This document shows positions 1 to 9,677 of a stretch of 64,000 nucleotides of DNA, one piece after another. How positions within the stretch are numbered: position 1 is the stretch's first letter; each line of letters starts with the position of its first letter. The DNA comes from a virus. Its lineage: Duplodnaviria; Heunggongvirae; Uroviricota; Caudoviricetes. The translations under genes were made by a program, and so were the position numbers. The stretch lies in IMG/VR virus record IMGVR_UViG_3300025000_000056. One strand, given 5' to 3'. The notes under the pieces were generated by a model that did not search any database, was not told the origin of the DNA, and saw only the letters and a list, made by a program, of their open reading frames with translations.

Positions 1-3000
1 TAGACTTCATCTTGTATAAAGGTATTAACCGACTCTTCAATTGGAGCATTGTTAATTTGTCTTGGCATATCTAAGACCTGAGTCTTTCCTGGAGTATAAA
101 CCTCTTTAGTCGTTGATGTATCATAATACGATTGCCACTGTCCATTTGAGTTAGCAAAGTGAAGTTGATTGTCGCGAACTTTAAAGGTGTCTGTTGTGTA
201 TACGTTATCCTTACCAATTAGTTTCATCTGTGCTCTAAACCCAGGCGCTGAAATAATTTTAGCAAGCTCTACGGCTTCGCGAGCATCAGCAGGTTTTAAC
301 GTTAACTTACCGTCCTTTGCAAAGAGAGTAAATAGATCCTCATCCGTTTTAGAGTCTAAAAGACTGTTAATGATATTGTCTGATTCATTAACGCGGTCGT
401 AACCTGATTCATAATGAGTATCTTTAGGTGTCCCTTTCTCTAAGAATTCATCATCTCCAAAATAATCCTCAGTATCGATATCAACTTCAGACATATCAAA
501 CTTCTCATTATCATGCTTTAGAAGATGATGATAGCGATTGGCTGTCATGTTAAACGAATATCCTTTGGATTTAACACCCTCAGTAATCTTGTTAAAGATG
601 TACTTAATCGTCGCATCATTTTCGAGCACAGGCGTGCCATGGCTTTGTATCGTTTCATGAATCATACGTGCCATTGATAATTCAGCAGCGTCTCGTACAT
701 TGCCAGTGTTGTGAAAAATCTCTTTATATAGATTACTTACGAAGTCATCTTCAAGGCCTTTTTCAAAGATGCTATCTGTCAGCTTACCTAGCTGATTTAT
801 ATCCTTTAAGTTTTTAGTACCAACGGTTAAGTTAAGATCCGGCTTATTACGAATCGTAGTTATCATAGTAAGGTATGCCGTTTGCAACGTATCTTCGACT
901 TCATGATTAAGAGCCCACGGTGCCTTAAGATGAAGAAGATCAAGAAGCTTCGTCGGTGCCTTGGACCTAGACCCTGATACTTTACTAAAACCTTTCATGA
1001 AGCTTTCTTCGACGGTTGCCATGTTTATATTGTTAAGCTCTAGGCTTTTCTTGTATTCACTTAGGTTTCGGTCACGAAGACGTTTAATCGTATCATCAAA
1101 ACCGTCTCTTAATGATTTCTCTAATTCTTCATCAGCAATAAGATTTAGCTGAACAAGTTTACTACCTTTAGATTTATCGAGAGCCAAAGCATTAGGAGAG
1201 ATATCTTTAAAAGCATCCAGTGTCCTTAATTGATTTGTTTCGTTAAGACTCTTTAATAGCTTTTTCAGGTTCTTGGGTTTTTCAATAATGAATTCGAGGT
1301 TATCTCCTGTTGCTTGAATCCCTTGTTCCGTAGCAATAATTCTACCATCTTTTTCAACGATATCCCATGGCAGGATATTGCCTTCGAAATAGACACCTAC
1401 TTTGTCTTTAGCAACTTGTTGCCATTTACTTAAGACTTGCGCTTGCCCCTTGGCGGACTGTAATTCCGCAGGCTCTAAATAACTAACTCCATCTATAATG
1501 GTTTTCTTAGTTAAAGCGTCACCAATATGCTGCCTATAAGCATTATATGGAGAGGCATCTCGTAATTCTCCGCGCTCCTTAGAGGCTTTAAGTAATGTCG
1601 ATTCCCAGTCAGCAATCGTTTGTTCATGATACTCTTGAAGTCGATTTAATTTATCATCAACACCAAGACTTGACTCGCCAAGTAATTGCTCTTGAGCTTT
1701 CATAAATTGTTCCTTAGTAATTAAAGAAACATCACCCGTTTCAGCCATACGATCAATATTGGCATTAAGATTTCTTAAGTGATCAAATTGATCATTCGAA
1801 AGTTCAATCATTTGTTCAAAGAAAGTTGATCGAGTCTGCTTTACTTTAGACTGAGTTGTCCAGAAGGTCTTGAAAGCCTTTTGAATATCAAAGTAGACAT
1901 TTGCTTCTTTAGCTTCTTTAGCATATAAGGACCCCTCTAAGTTGAATCTATAATGTCGATATTTGAGTCCATTCTCAAGTACGCCAGCTATACGTTGTAA
2001 AATCTCAAGTTGTGTCGGTTTTTCCGTCTCAGCAAACTTAAGAAGATCCTTAACTCCAGAAATCTTATAGATTTCTTCTAAGTCAATATTATTGAGTTTG
2101 CCATTCTTAGAGCTAAGATTAATAGCCTTTTGTAATGCATCGATCTTAGGACGATCAGCTATTTGAGTTTGAGCATAATACTTATTAATTCGATCAAATT
2201 CAAGACTTGATTTATTGGTTAAGACATTAACTTTACCATCAATAAGATCCGGTTCAATTTCACTATAAGATAACTTTAGATCTTTATCTAACAAGTGATA
2301 ACGTCTATCGCCGTTAGTCCCAATCTCAAGACCAAAGTTCTTAGCATCTGCATTCTTACTAAGTGCCAATCTATATTCTGCTTCTGAGATTGACTCCCCT
2401 CGATCAATTTGCGTCCATGATTCAAGTCCTTGATAATCCTCTAAAATAGCTTTAGTTTGATAGAGTCTATTATACGACTCTAATTCGTCAACATAACTTA
2501 TACTAGAACCTGGCTTAAATCCCTCTATAGAGGGTCTATGATCTGGGCCAATAGCTATATTAAATGTTTTAGGTGGTAGATGTGGCCCTTGCATTGCTCT
2601 CTTAGGAAAAAACTCATCTGCTGAACTTGAGTACGTCATGTACCGAGCAAATCTCTTATTACGTCGTGCCCAGTATTTAAAATCATGATTATCATAACTC
2701 ATATAATTAGGTTTATTATCGATTAAGCTATTGCCCTTTAGATTAAAGTAACGAGTCGCTGTTCTCTCATAATTATAATTAGGTAGTCCTATCACTGGTT
2801 CATTACTCGGAATTTGCGTAGGAATATCCCAAAGCTCAGGATGATTAACTCTTGTTTTCCTAGGTAATTTATAATTAAAAATACTACTTTGCGGAAGCCT
2901 AGTTTCTCTTATTGGCGTATATGTAAACCGCTTAGGTGTGCTTAATTCAGGTTCGTCAGGATATGTCGGTATATAATTCTTAAACCAATCATTGTCGTTC

Positions 3001-3002
3001 AT
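1..3002 (-). CDS. Giant virion-associated protein, partial (>1000 aa, runs off left edge; absent from the ORF track)
   Basis: Hand translation: GGGAGG RBS, ATG at 3002 (MNDNDWFKNYIPTYPDEPEL...), no in-frame stop seen down to position 3 (...EESVNTFIQDEV). Lies directly downstream of the 1823-aa tail protein. Confidence 0.88.
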   Translation of the reverse strand, partial: MNDNDWFKNYIPTYPDEPELSTPKRFTYTPIRETRLPQSSIFNYKLPRKTRVNHPELWDIPTQIPSNEPVIGLPNYNYERTATRYFNLKGNSLIDNKPNYMSYDNHDFKYWARRNKRFARYMTYSSSADEFFPKRAMQGPHLPPKTFNIAIGPDHRPSIEGFKPGSSISYVDELESYNRLYQTKAILEDYQGLESWTQIDRGESISEAEYRLALSKNADAKNFGLEIGTNGDRRYHLLDKDLKLSYSEIEPDLIDGKVNVLTNKSSLEFDRINKYYAQTQIADRPKIDALQKAINLSSKNGKLNNIDLEEIYKISGVKDLLKFAETEKPTQLEILQRIAGVLENGLKYRHYRFNLEGSLYAKEAKEANVYFDIQKAFKTFWTTQSKVKQTRSTFFEQMIELSNDQFDHLRNLNANIDRMAETGDVSLITKEQFMKAQEQLLGESSLGVDDKLNRLQEYHEQTIADWESTLLKASKERGELRDASPYNAYRQHIGDALTKKTIIDGVSYLEPAELQSAKGQAQVLSKWQQVAKDKVGVYFEGNILPWDIVEKDGRIIATEQGIQATGDNLEFIIEKPKNLKKLLKSLNETNQLRTLDAFKDISPNALALDKSKGSKLVQLNLIADEELEKSLRDGFDDTIKRLRDRNLSEYKKSLELNNINMATVEESFMKGFSKVSGSRSKAPTKLLDLLHLKAPWALNHEVEDTLQTAYLTMITTIRNKPDLNLTVGTKNLKDINQLGKLTDSIFEKGLEDDFVSNLYKEIFHNTGNVRDAAELSMARMIHETIQSHGTPVLENDATIKYIFNKITEGVKSKGYSFNMTANRYHHLLKHDNEKFDMSEVDIDTEDYFGDDEFLEKGTPKDTHYESGYDRVNESDNIINSLLDSKTDEDLFTLFAKDGKLTLKPADAREAVELAKIISAPGFRAQMKLIGKDNVYTTDTFKVRDNQLHFANSNGQWQSYYDTSTTKEVYTPGKTQVLDMPRQINNAPIEESVNTFIQDEV

Positions 3003-3022
3003 CTAATAGATCCTCCCACTTA

Positions 3023-3045
3023 AGGGAAGTCTATTAGACTTCCCT
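3023..3045. repeat. Intergenic inverted repeat (11-bp arms, 1-nt centre)
   Basis: AGGGAAGTCTA-T-TAGACTTCCCT, between the stop of the 1823-aa gene and the RBS of the next gene; no U-tract on the coding strand. Confidence 0.85.
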
Positions 3046-6000
3046 ACATAATAAGTGATGCATTCTGATTAACATACTCTTCAAGCTCTTGACGACGATC
3101 GCGAGCAATGTCGACATCGACCTTATATCCACTGGCAGGATCTACTTGAACCTGTATATCATGAAGTCCCGTAGTTCCTAGGAGTTCTTCTAAGACGCGC
3201 TTAATCTTACCAGGCGTTGTATGTTTATTAGGACTCGGTGTTGAGATCTTAGGGTTAAGTAAAGCCGCCCGGTGTTTATCGTCCGCCCAGATATTAAATT
3301 CGGATTCATCCATGCCTTCGTGTTTGACAATCTTTACTTTAACGTCATCTAAATTAACATCTGGCCGCCACCCGCCCCACTCGCTCCCCGGAAGTTCATG
3401 AGTCTTAAAGTATTCTTCGAGTTGGGGCTTTTCCTCAACGGTCTTTTCGCCCCACATCGATTCAAGAACGCGCCTGAGATAAAGTGGTGTTTCTCTTAAG
3501 AGTTCTTTACGATCGGACTCAGGTGCCGTTACAAACGGCATTAAATAATCTCGATCCTTTTTTGGAAGACCAGCAAGTAAATTCGTTAAAGGGTCGCCCG
3601 ATTCATAGCCATACATCGTTTGTTTAGACAACTGATGATATTTAAGCGCCTCACGAGCAATAGGTGTTGTTGGTGGAGTCTTAATATACTTGCGTTTCTC
3701 TTGTACATCAGCCATAACCTTATTGACGGAACTCATAATCTCAGCTTTGTTATTGCCAGAAATGACAACATCATTGCCTTGTCTCTTTATCTCAGCATTC
3801 ATGGCCCGCAGAATCTCTTTTGCTTCAGACTCGTTTGCCTTATAAAGCTTACGTTTCTCTTGAAGCAGATACCGCTGGAGTTTCTTGTTAAAATCAAGTC
3901 GTGTGTTCTGTTTACTTAAATACTCATCAACATTAAATCCCTCTTTAGACAAAGCCGTATCGGCCGCTTGTCGATATAAGGATTCATATTTAACATACTT
4001 TAATGTATCTAAGTATTCGTTGAAGTTCCATTCTTTGTGTCGGCGTTCTGGAATCCACTTCTCTCCAGTAATAGCATCATGGGCTGATCGATAAAGCGCA
4101 CCGCCTCCTACCGTAGCAGCTCCAAACATAGCTCCAACCAATTTACCAAACGGAGCCTTACCCCTAGATACGCTTGCTCCAAAGAGAGAACCGATTAGGG
4201 CACCAGAAACGGTAGCTACAATCGGATTACGACGAATTAGATTATCATACCAAGGAACTAAGTAGTCGTCTACAGGATGTTGCCATGTTTGCCAGTCCTT
4301 ACCATAAAGATCGCGTCGTTCATACGACTCACGAGCGGAACGAACTTGTAAGAACTTTGTATTTGCCGGACTATCTAGATGGGCAAGAAACTCCCATGCC
4401 TTACCGACACTAATCTCATCGGATCTAAAACGAGCATGTACTGCTGCCGGAGAGAAGTCCTCGACTTTCTCTTTGCCAAGGCCCTGATTAATAAGTGTCT
4501 TATTAACATTTGTCATACCTTTATAAACGACAGATTGAATTGTCTGATACGTATTGTCTTTGATCTTATTCATTAGATCCGCGTTATAGCCAATTTGAAC
4601 CTTAGCGCCCGAATAAATAATCTTCGATAAATAGTCTCGCGCAGCGTCTGCTACTTTATTATCTTTTGCATTAGAGACAGAGACCCCTGCAAGTCGTATT
4701 GGATTATCTGGATACTCTTTCGTGAAGAAGGTATTATTATCAATGACTCTATCAACTGTAACGGTCTCTTTCTCGATCTTAGAATTCGAGAACCGATACG
4801 GATAAAGTCGCTTAGGCTTTTTCTTGGCCGTTGTTTGTTGATTGATCTCTTTAATCTGTTCGACTTGATCAGGCTTTAGATCTGTCATTCGTGTGAGTTT
4901 CTTAATTGTCTTGAGTTCATCCGAATAAGGAGCGACATCTGATAAGATTCTATAACGGTCAACCCAGTCATACATATCGGCTGGGCCTACGATACCTTTA
5001 TCAATCATACCTTTGACATAGTCGCGGGCGTCATTAACTTTAGCGATTGTCTGATCCAGCATCGTTTGATCGAAATCAAATCCATAAACCTTCGGAGGAA
5101 GTTCCGGTTTATCTCTATTTAAGTGAACTAGATAAGCCCTATGAATACCGGAAGCATGCATGTAGAAATTGATCTGCTCTTGGTTCTTTTCAAACATCTG
5201 ATTTTGATTATATTTCTTATCAGACATCGTTTTAAAGTCCATAACGGCTCGTCCATCTGCTACATTTTGAGCAAGATTTCCCAAGTTAAGTATACCATGC
5301 TGACTATAATATTCCAAGAACTTTTGATTATCGACAATAGCATCATAGATACCACTAATGCGCATTTCCTTATCTTCCAAGTGTTCTTCTGTCGCAAGGG
5401 CAACACCGGAATTAATAAGTTCTCGCTCGGCTTGTGCGTGGATTTTAGTCCCGTAGTTTAAGATCTCTTCCATGTCATCGTTATTAAAGTCATCCATATG
5501 GAGTAGATGATTGACAATTTCTTCTTTCGTTCCACCGATCGAACTGGCGCCAATCTTCATATCCATCGGATTACCAAGACCCCATAGAGCTTCGTATCCT
5601 GAGCCTGGCAGCCGTGTTTCACCGTTAGGTATCTTTACATAAGGATCGCCATGTTTAAAGTCCGTAAAATAAGAACTCCCCGGCATCCAGCTCGGCATCT
5701 GGTTACGTACGGGATTAAAAGCGTCTTCCCATTTCTCACGATTACCAGTGAAACGTCGTCCAATTTCATTGACGTCATCTCCAAAACCACCGATCTGTAG
5801 ATCCCAGAATTGTCTTCGCATACTTGTAATGGCCCTTGTATCTGCAATTACAGGATTAGGTGTTATTTCTCCGGATGCCGTATTTGCCGCGAAACCATAC
5901 ATACCACCCATTTCTTTAACACCAAGCCAAGCCCTAGCACCAACTTGAGACCCCTGTTGAGAAACCTCTATACTCTCACCATACGTTGAATTCAAGTCTT

Positions 6001-8515
6001 GATCGTCATCAATCGTAATCTCACCGAACGAATCTCTATTGGGACCTACGTTATCTCGTACAGTCCTTGGAGCGGTCGCTGTGATACCCTTGAAGGTTCC
6101 ACGATAAGGTTGCTTTCCACTTTGTCCACTAAAGCTACTACCACTGCCAGTAACCCCTCCAGGGCCCTGTGGTATCATATCAACCATCTTACGTTGATAG
6201 ATTATGTCAGACGGCGTAGGGCTTATTTTGCTATCACTATAAGTACCCTTATGAAGCTTATCCCAAACTTCTAAATGCATCTTGTGTTGAGGTTTTAAGA
6301 TCTGACCAATTGTTGCTCCAGCTAATGGGCCTACGATTGGTATCTCGTCAATCTCCGGGATACCGCCGGTCATTAAATAAGGTCTATCTAGTTTATGTTT
6401 TTCTTCGTAATGATAAGGATCTGTTATTAGGTGTTCAATAGGTGCTAATGGATGACGAGGCGTTGGGAAGATTGAGTTCTCCCAGTATTCGTCCTTAGAA
6501 CCCCATAAGACATCTGTGTACTTATAATCTGACTCTATCTTTCTAACCCAGTTAGGCTCCCAGTGATCAATCTTAGCTCCCGTATACGGAGTGTTTCCCA
6601 TAGGCCACCAGCGACCTTTACGAATTGGAACCATACCGGTATCCCAAAACGTCTGAGTTTCCTCTTGTGAGTCATTAAGATCAAATAGTCGACCTACAAT
6701 AGGAAGTTCAGCGATCTGTTCTCCACCCTGGAAGAGATCAGTTTTATGTTTCGCCCACTTGGTAACCCCTAATTTATCACGAACTCCTGCAAGTCCTATA
6801 GAAGCATTCTTATAAGTCTGAGCAATACCTTTTTCAAAGTTAACTCCTAGATTATCTTCAGATTCAAAGTTTAGATAATTCCAAGCGGCGATACCGGCAA
6901 CGATTGGAAGACCACGACGTACCAGTAAATTGGCAAAGATGTCAGCCGCAGACCCTTGATTATAGATAGGTAATCCTAACTTAACTTGACTGAGTGATGC
7001 ATCGATCCGTTGAAAGAATGTATACGGTAGAAGCGTTGCCGTTGTTATATTATTAGGATCGTTACGTCCGGCGAACCACTGTTTAAAAACAACACCTGGA
7101 TCGTCTTTACCCAGGTGCTTCATCTTGTTCATGACAATATAATCAGGTTTTTCGCTAAAGGCGTATTTTAAATCACGTTCAGCAATCTTGTCCCATGGCT
7201 TAAATCGATCCACGTAATTCGCAAAACCAGGAATATAAGACATAGGATCAAATGCACTAAACTTCGTATTCGGGCCATCTGAAAATCCGATGCCTAACGT
7301 GTCTGAGAAAGCGTAAGCCATCTTACCTAATGAGCCATACTTCTTTGGACCGGTATAATTCGATGTCGTAATATTAGACATGATCCTCATATTACGAGCA
7401 ACGGGCCCCTCTTGACTCGCCGATAAATAGGTGTTCTTCATGATGGTCTCAAGTTGACCATCGTTAAGTTTCGCCTTATAGACATTTCCATTGATAAAGA
7501 CAAAGTCTTCTCCGACTTTGCGATCCATGGCTTTGCCTATAGAGTTAGATAATAAGGGATTGTAATTATCTCCAGATAAGAAATGAGCAAAAGGAACCTT
7601 GTCGATATTAAAGATATTGTCAACATAAGCCATTCTTAAGGGATTGATATTAACAAACGGGAATCCAAAATCCGTAGCAGCACTATGAATGAACCGGTTC
7701 ATGATATTATGAGCATTACGCATGTCAGAAACATTATGAGCCGCACCTTTGGCCTTGCCAATTTCAGCGTTCGTCATAATGTCTTTGTCAATCATAATAT
7801 CATAGTCTAAATTAATACCCTTTTTAGCCATAGATTCCTTATAGGTATCAAAGCTTTGCACGAAGCTTTCAACGGCTTTAGGATTTTTAAAGAGATCATG
7901 TCGCCCTGTTTCTAAAACTTCCCGTGCAGTTATTTGACGATATCCCATGGTTTTAAGACGCTCTGCCTGCTCTTTATAAGTTACGCCATGATCACGAAAC
8001 AAAGCTTCCCTGGCTTCGCTCATTATGCCGTGAATATCATCTGCTGTATGATTCTTATCAGTTAGAGAGTTCTTAAGTCGACTAATCTCATCCATACTTT
8101 TCTCTAATGAAGAGAAAATGAAGTCGGCTTCTTTAGCTTGGGCTTCTCCAATATATTTGGGTAGCTTAGACATACCTGTAAAGACCATGCTTAAGGAATT
8201 TTCAAGCCCATATTTCTTGAAGTTTTCGCTAAACTTGAATCGATCTTGTCCTGCCCATTCTTCGATGCCTTTCATAGACTTTGGCAAATAACCCTCTTTG
8301 TATTTACCAAGTTGTTCAATCAAAGAAGAAATTGGCTTTCGAAGGGCTCCACTCTTTAAAGCCAAAAGGCCGCCAACGGCTAAACCCGTGGCGGCTGCTC
8401 CATACCCTATCGCCTTATCTAAGAATGAGGAGGACTCTTGAGGTTTATCCAGATATGCTTGATAAGGTCGTTTACCTTCTAGATAATCTCTATATTTATT
8501 TTGATAAGCCATCAA
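3044..8515 (-). CDS. Tape-measure-position/ejected virion protein with a PD-(D/E)XK (RecB/Cas4-like) nuclease domain and a degenerate SNase-like domain
   Basis: 1823 aa, follows the tail chaperone pair; hydrophobic Gly/Ala segments; motifs YGTKIH..TEE..SGIYDAI..DFKT..QINFYM and VDRVIDNNT..IRLAGV..VNKTLINQGLG. Confidence 0.7.
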   Translation of the reverse strand: MMAYQNKYRDYLEGKRPYQAYLDKPQESSSFLDKAIGYGAAATGLAVGGLLALKSGALRKPISSLIEQLGKYKEGYLPKSMKGIEEWAGQDRFKFSENFKKYGLENSLSMVFTGMSKLPKYIGEAQAKEADFIFSSLEKSMDEISRLKNSLTDKNHTADDIHGIMSEAREALFRDHGVTYKEQAERLKTMGYRQITAREVLETGRHDLFKNPKAVESFVQSFDTYKESMAKKGINLDYDIMIDKDIMTNAEIGKAKGAAHNVSDMRNAHNIMNRFIHSAATDFGFPFVNINPLRMAYVDNIFNIDKVPFAHFLSGDNYNPLLSNSIGKAMDRKVGEDFVFINGNVYKAKLNDGQLETIMKNTYLSASQEGPVARNMRIMSNITTSNYTGPKKYGSLGKMAYAFSDTLGIGFSDGPNTKFSAFDPMSYIPGFANYVDRFKPWDKIAERDLKYAFSEKPDYIVMNKMKHLGKDDPGVVFKQWFAGRNDPNNITTATLLPYTFFQRIDASLSQVKLGLPIYNQGSAADIFANLLVRRGLPIVAGIAAWNYLNFESEDNLGVNFEKGIAQTYKNASIGLAGVRDKLGVTKWAKHKTDLFQGGEQIAELPIVGRLFDLNDSQEETQTFWDTGMVPIRKGRWWPMGNTPYTGAKIDHWEPNWVRKIESDYKYTDVLWGSKDEYWENSIFPTPRHPLAPIEHLITDPYHYEEKHKLDRPYLMTGGIPEIDEIPIVGPLAGATIGQILKPQHKMHLEVWDKLHKGTYSDSKISPTPSDIIYQRKMVDMIPQGPGGVTGSGSSFSGQSGKQPYRGTFKGITATAPRTVRDNVGPNRDSFGEITIDDDQDLNSTYGESIEVSQQGSQVGARAWLGVKEMGGMYGFAANTASGEITPNPVIADTRAITSMRRQFWDLQIGGFGDDVNEIGRRFTGNREKWEDAFNPVRNQMPSWMPGSSYFTDFKHGDPYVKIPNGETRLPGSGYEALWGLGNPMDMKIGASSIGGTKEEIVNHLLHMDDFNNDDMEEILNYGTKIHAQAERELINSGVALATEEHLEDKEMRISGIYDAIVDNQKFLEYYSQHGILNLGNLAQNVADGRAVMDFKTMSDKKYNQNQMFEKNQEQINFYMHASGIHRAYLVHLNRDKPELPPKVYGFDFDQTMLDQTIAKVNDARDYVKGMIDKGIVGPADMYDWVDRYRILSDVAPYSDELKTIKKLTRMTDLKPDQVEQIKEINQQTTAKKKPKRLYPYRFSNSKIEKETVTVDRVIDNNTFFTKEYPDNPIRLAGVSVSNAKDNKVADAARDYLSKIIYSGAKVQIGYNADLMNKIKDNTYQTIQSVVYKGMTNVNKTLINQGLGKEKVEDFSPAAVHARFRSDEISVGKAWEFLAHLDSPANTKFLQVRSARESYERRDLYGKDWQTWQHPVDDYLVPWYDNLIRRNPIVATVSGALIGSLFGASVSRGKAPFGKLVGAMFGAATVGGGALYRSAHDAITGEKWIPERRHKEWNFNEYLDTLKYVKYESLYRQAADTALSKEGFNVDEYLSKQNTRLDFNKKLQRYLLQEKRKLYKANESEAKEILRAMNAEIKRQGNDVVISGNNKAEIMSSVNKVMADVQEKRKYIKTPPTTPIAREALKYHQLSKQTMYGYESGDPLTNLLAGLPKKDRDYLMPFVTAPESDRKELLRETPLYLRRVLESMWGEKTVEEKPQLEEYFKTHELPGSEWGGWRPDVNLDDVKVKIVKHEGMDESEFNIWADDKHRAALLNPKISTPSPNKHTTPGKIKRVLEELLGTTGLHDIQVQVDPASGYKVDVDIARDRRQELEEYVNQNASLIM

Positions 8516-9191
8516 GGATCACCTCATTCTTCCAAGCATTCGTTCCGGCAATAAAGGGTAATTCCATATAAGGATTTTTCACCTTAACTAGACCTTGTAA
8601 TTCAATCATCGGATCAATGCCAACTTGATGCATCTCTATGCAAATCTCTTTACGAGATTTCATAGGTATTTCCTCTTTATCTTCATCATCGTCCTTGTCA
8701 TCATATTCTTCAAGATCGAATCCTAAATCCTTATCGTAGACGGTTTTTAGAACCCACTCAGCTTTAGCTAAGTAACGCATGAGTTTGTCTGGCGTCCAGT
8801 GAATCATCTCCTCAAAGCTTTGATCAGGAAACGCTGCTTTAATGATCGCTTCCGCTTGAGCTTCGAACGTAGTCATCTCTAAACGATATTGAATAAGCAT
8901 ATTACGATTTAATTTATTAGGACCGTAACCACTCTCTTCAACAATTGACATTGCTAGATTTGGAATTATTCCAGCATCGATTTCATCCCAATTATTAATC
9001 GAAGGCCAAACAACCGTCATCTTACAGATTTCTTCTTCGAATCGAAAACGATCATTCTTATAATAAAGATTGATCTCACGCCATTCATGCCTTGTTAAAA
9101 AGCGAAAGATAAAGGTTTGACCATTGATCGTTACAATAAAGATATCTGGATACGTCTGTTTTAGCTCCTTGACTAGTTGATCCAACTCCAT
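8496..9191 (-). CDS. Tail assembly chaperone-like protein
   Basis: 231 aa between tube genes and the tape-measure-position gene; N-terminus (FIFRFLTRHEW..EEICKMTVVWP) paralogous to the 152-aa neighbour. Confidence 0.6.
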   Translation of the reverse strand: MELDQLVKELKQTYPDIFIVTINGQTFIFRFLTRHEWREINLYYKNDRFRFEEEICKMTVVWPSINNWDEIDAGIIPNLAMSIVEESGYGPNKLNRNMLIQYRLEMTTFEAQAEAIIKAAFPDQSFEEMIHWTPDKLMRYLAKAEWVLKTVYDKDLGFDLEEYDDKDDDEDKEEIPMKSRKEICIEMHQVGIDPMIELQGLVKVKNPYMELPFIAGTNAWKNEVILDGLSK

Positions 9192-9204
9192 AGATCACAC
9201 CGCC

Positions 9205-9663
9205 TTAGAGTTTCTGAGGGAGTATCATCCTCGTAAAACCACTCTTCTCCATGATTTGCTCCGATAGCATCGAAGGAATACCCGCCTTATCGCCGCCCAT
9301 ATCAATAACGTCATACTCAAAAGGGAATAAGACGCACGTTTCACAGATCATTTCTTCACGAATTAGCGGATCCGTATTAGGGATAGAGACGATCTGTTTA
9401 TACTCTAAACGCTTTAAGGTTCTCCAGATAAAACCCTGACCGGTTATCTCTGTTAGATACACGTCTTCGAATTGCTTTTTCCAAGAAGATACGAGAGACT
9501 CATTAGGGCCTCCTGGAAAAATAGGCCCATCGTCCTCTTCGAGTAAACGTTGGATTTCATCGTCTGTAATAGTTGGCTCTTCGGGTCTTACATCGGATGG
9601 ATGAGCGAATCTTCCTCTAACAATACCTAATTGACTATCCATAATTGTTGGATCAACTTGCAT
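9205..9663 (-). CDS. Tail assembly chaperone-like protein
   Basis: 152 aa; FIWRTLKRLEY..EEMICETCVLFP..AGIPSMLSEQIMEKSGF; synteny. Confidence 0.6.
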   Translation of the reverse strand: MQVDPTIMDSQLGIVRGRFAHPSDVRPEEPTITDDEIQRLLEEDDGPIFPGGPNESLVSSWKKQFEDVYLTEITGQGFIWRTLKRLEYKQIVSIPNTDPLIREEMICETCVLFPFEYDVIDMGGDKAGIPSMLSEQIMEKSGFTRMILPQKL

Positions 9664-9677
9664 GTGTTTATCCTCCC

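Noticed and set aside
5040-5560. Cas4-like motifs as evidence of a CRISPR-Cas locus
   Set aside because: The domain is embedded in a tail protein, lacks the Cas4 Fe-S cysteines, and no cas genes or repeat-spacer array occur in the window.
9192-9240. Programmed frameshift between the two tail chaperone genes (lambda G/GT type)
   Set aside because: No X XXY YYZ slippery site near the stop; the second gene has its own SD and ATG and is a full paralogue.
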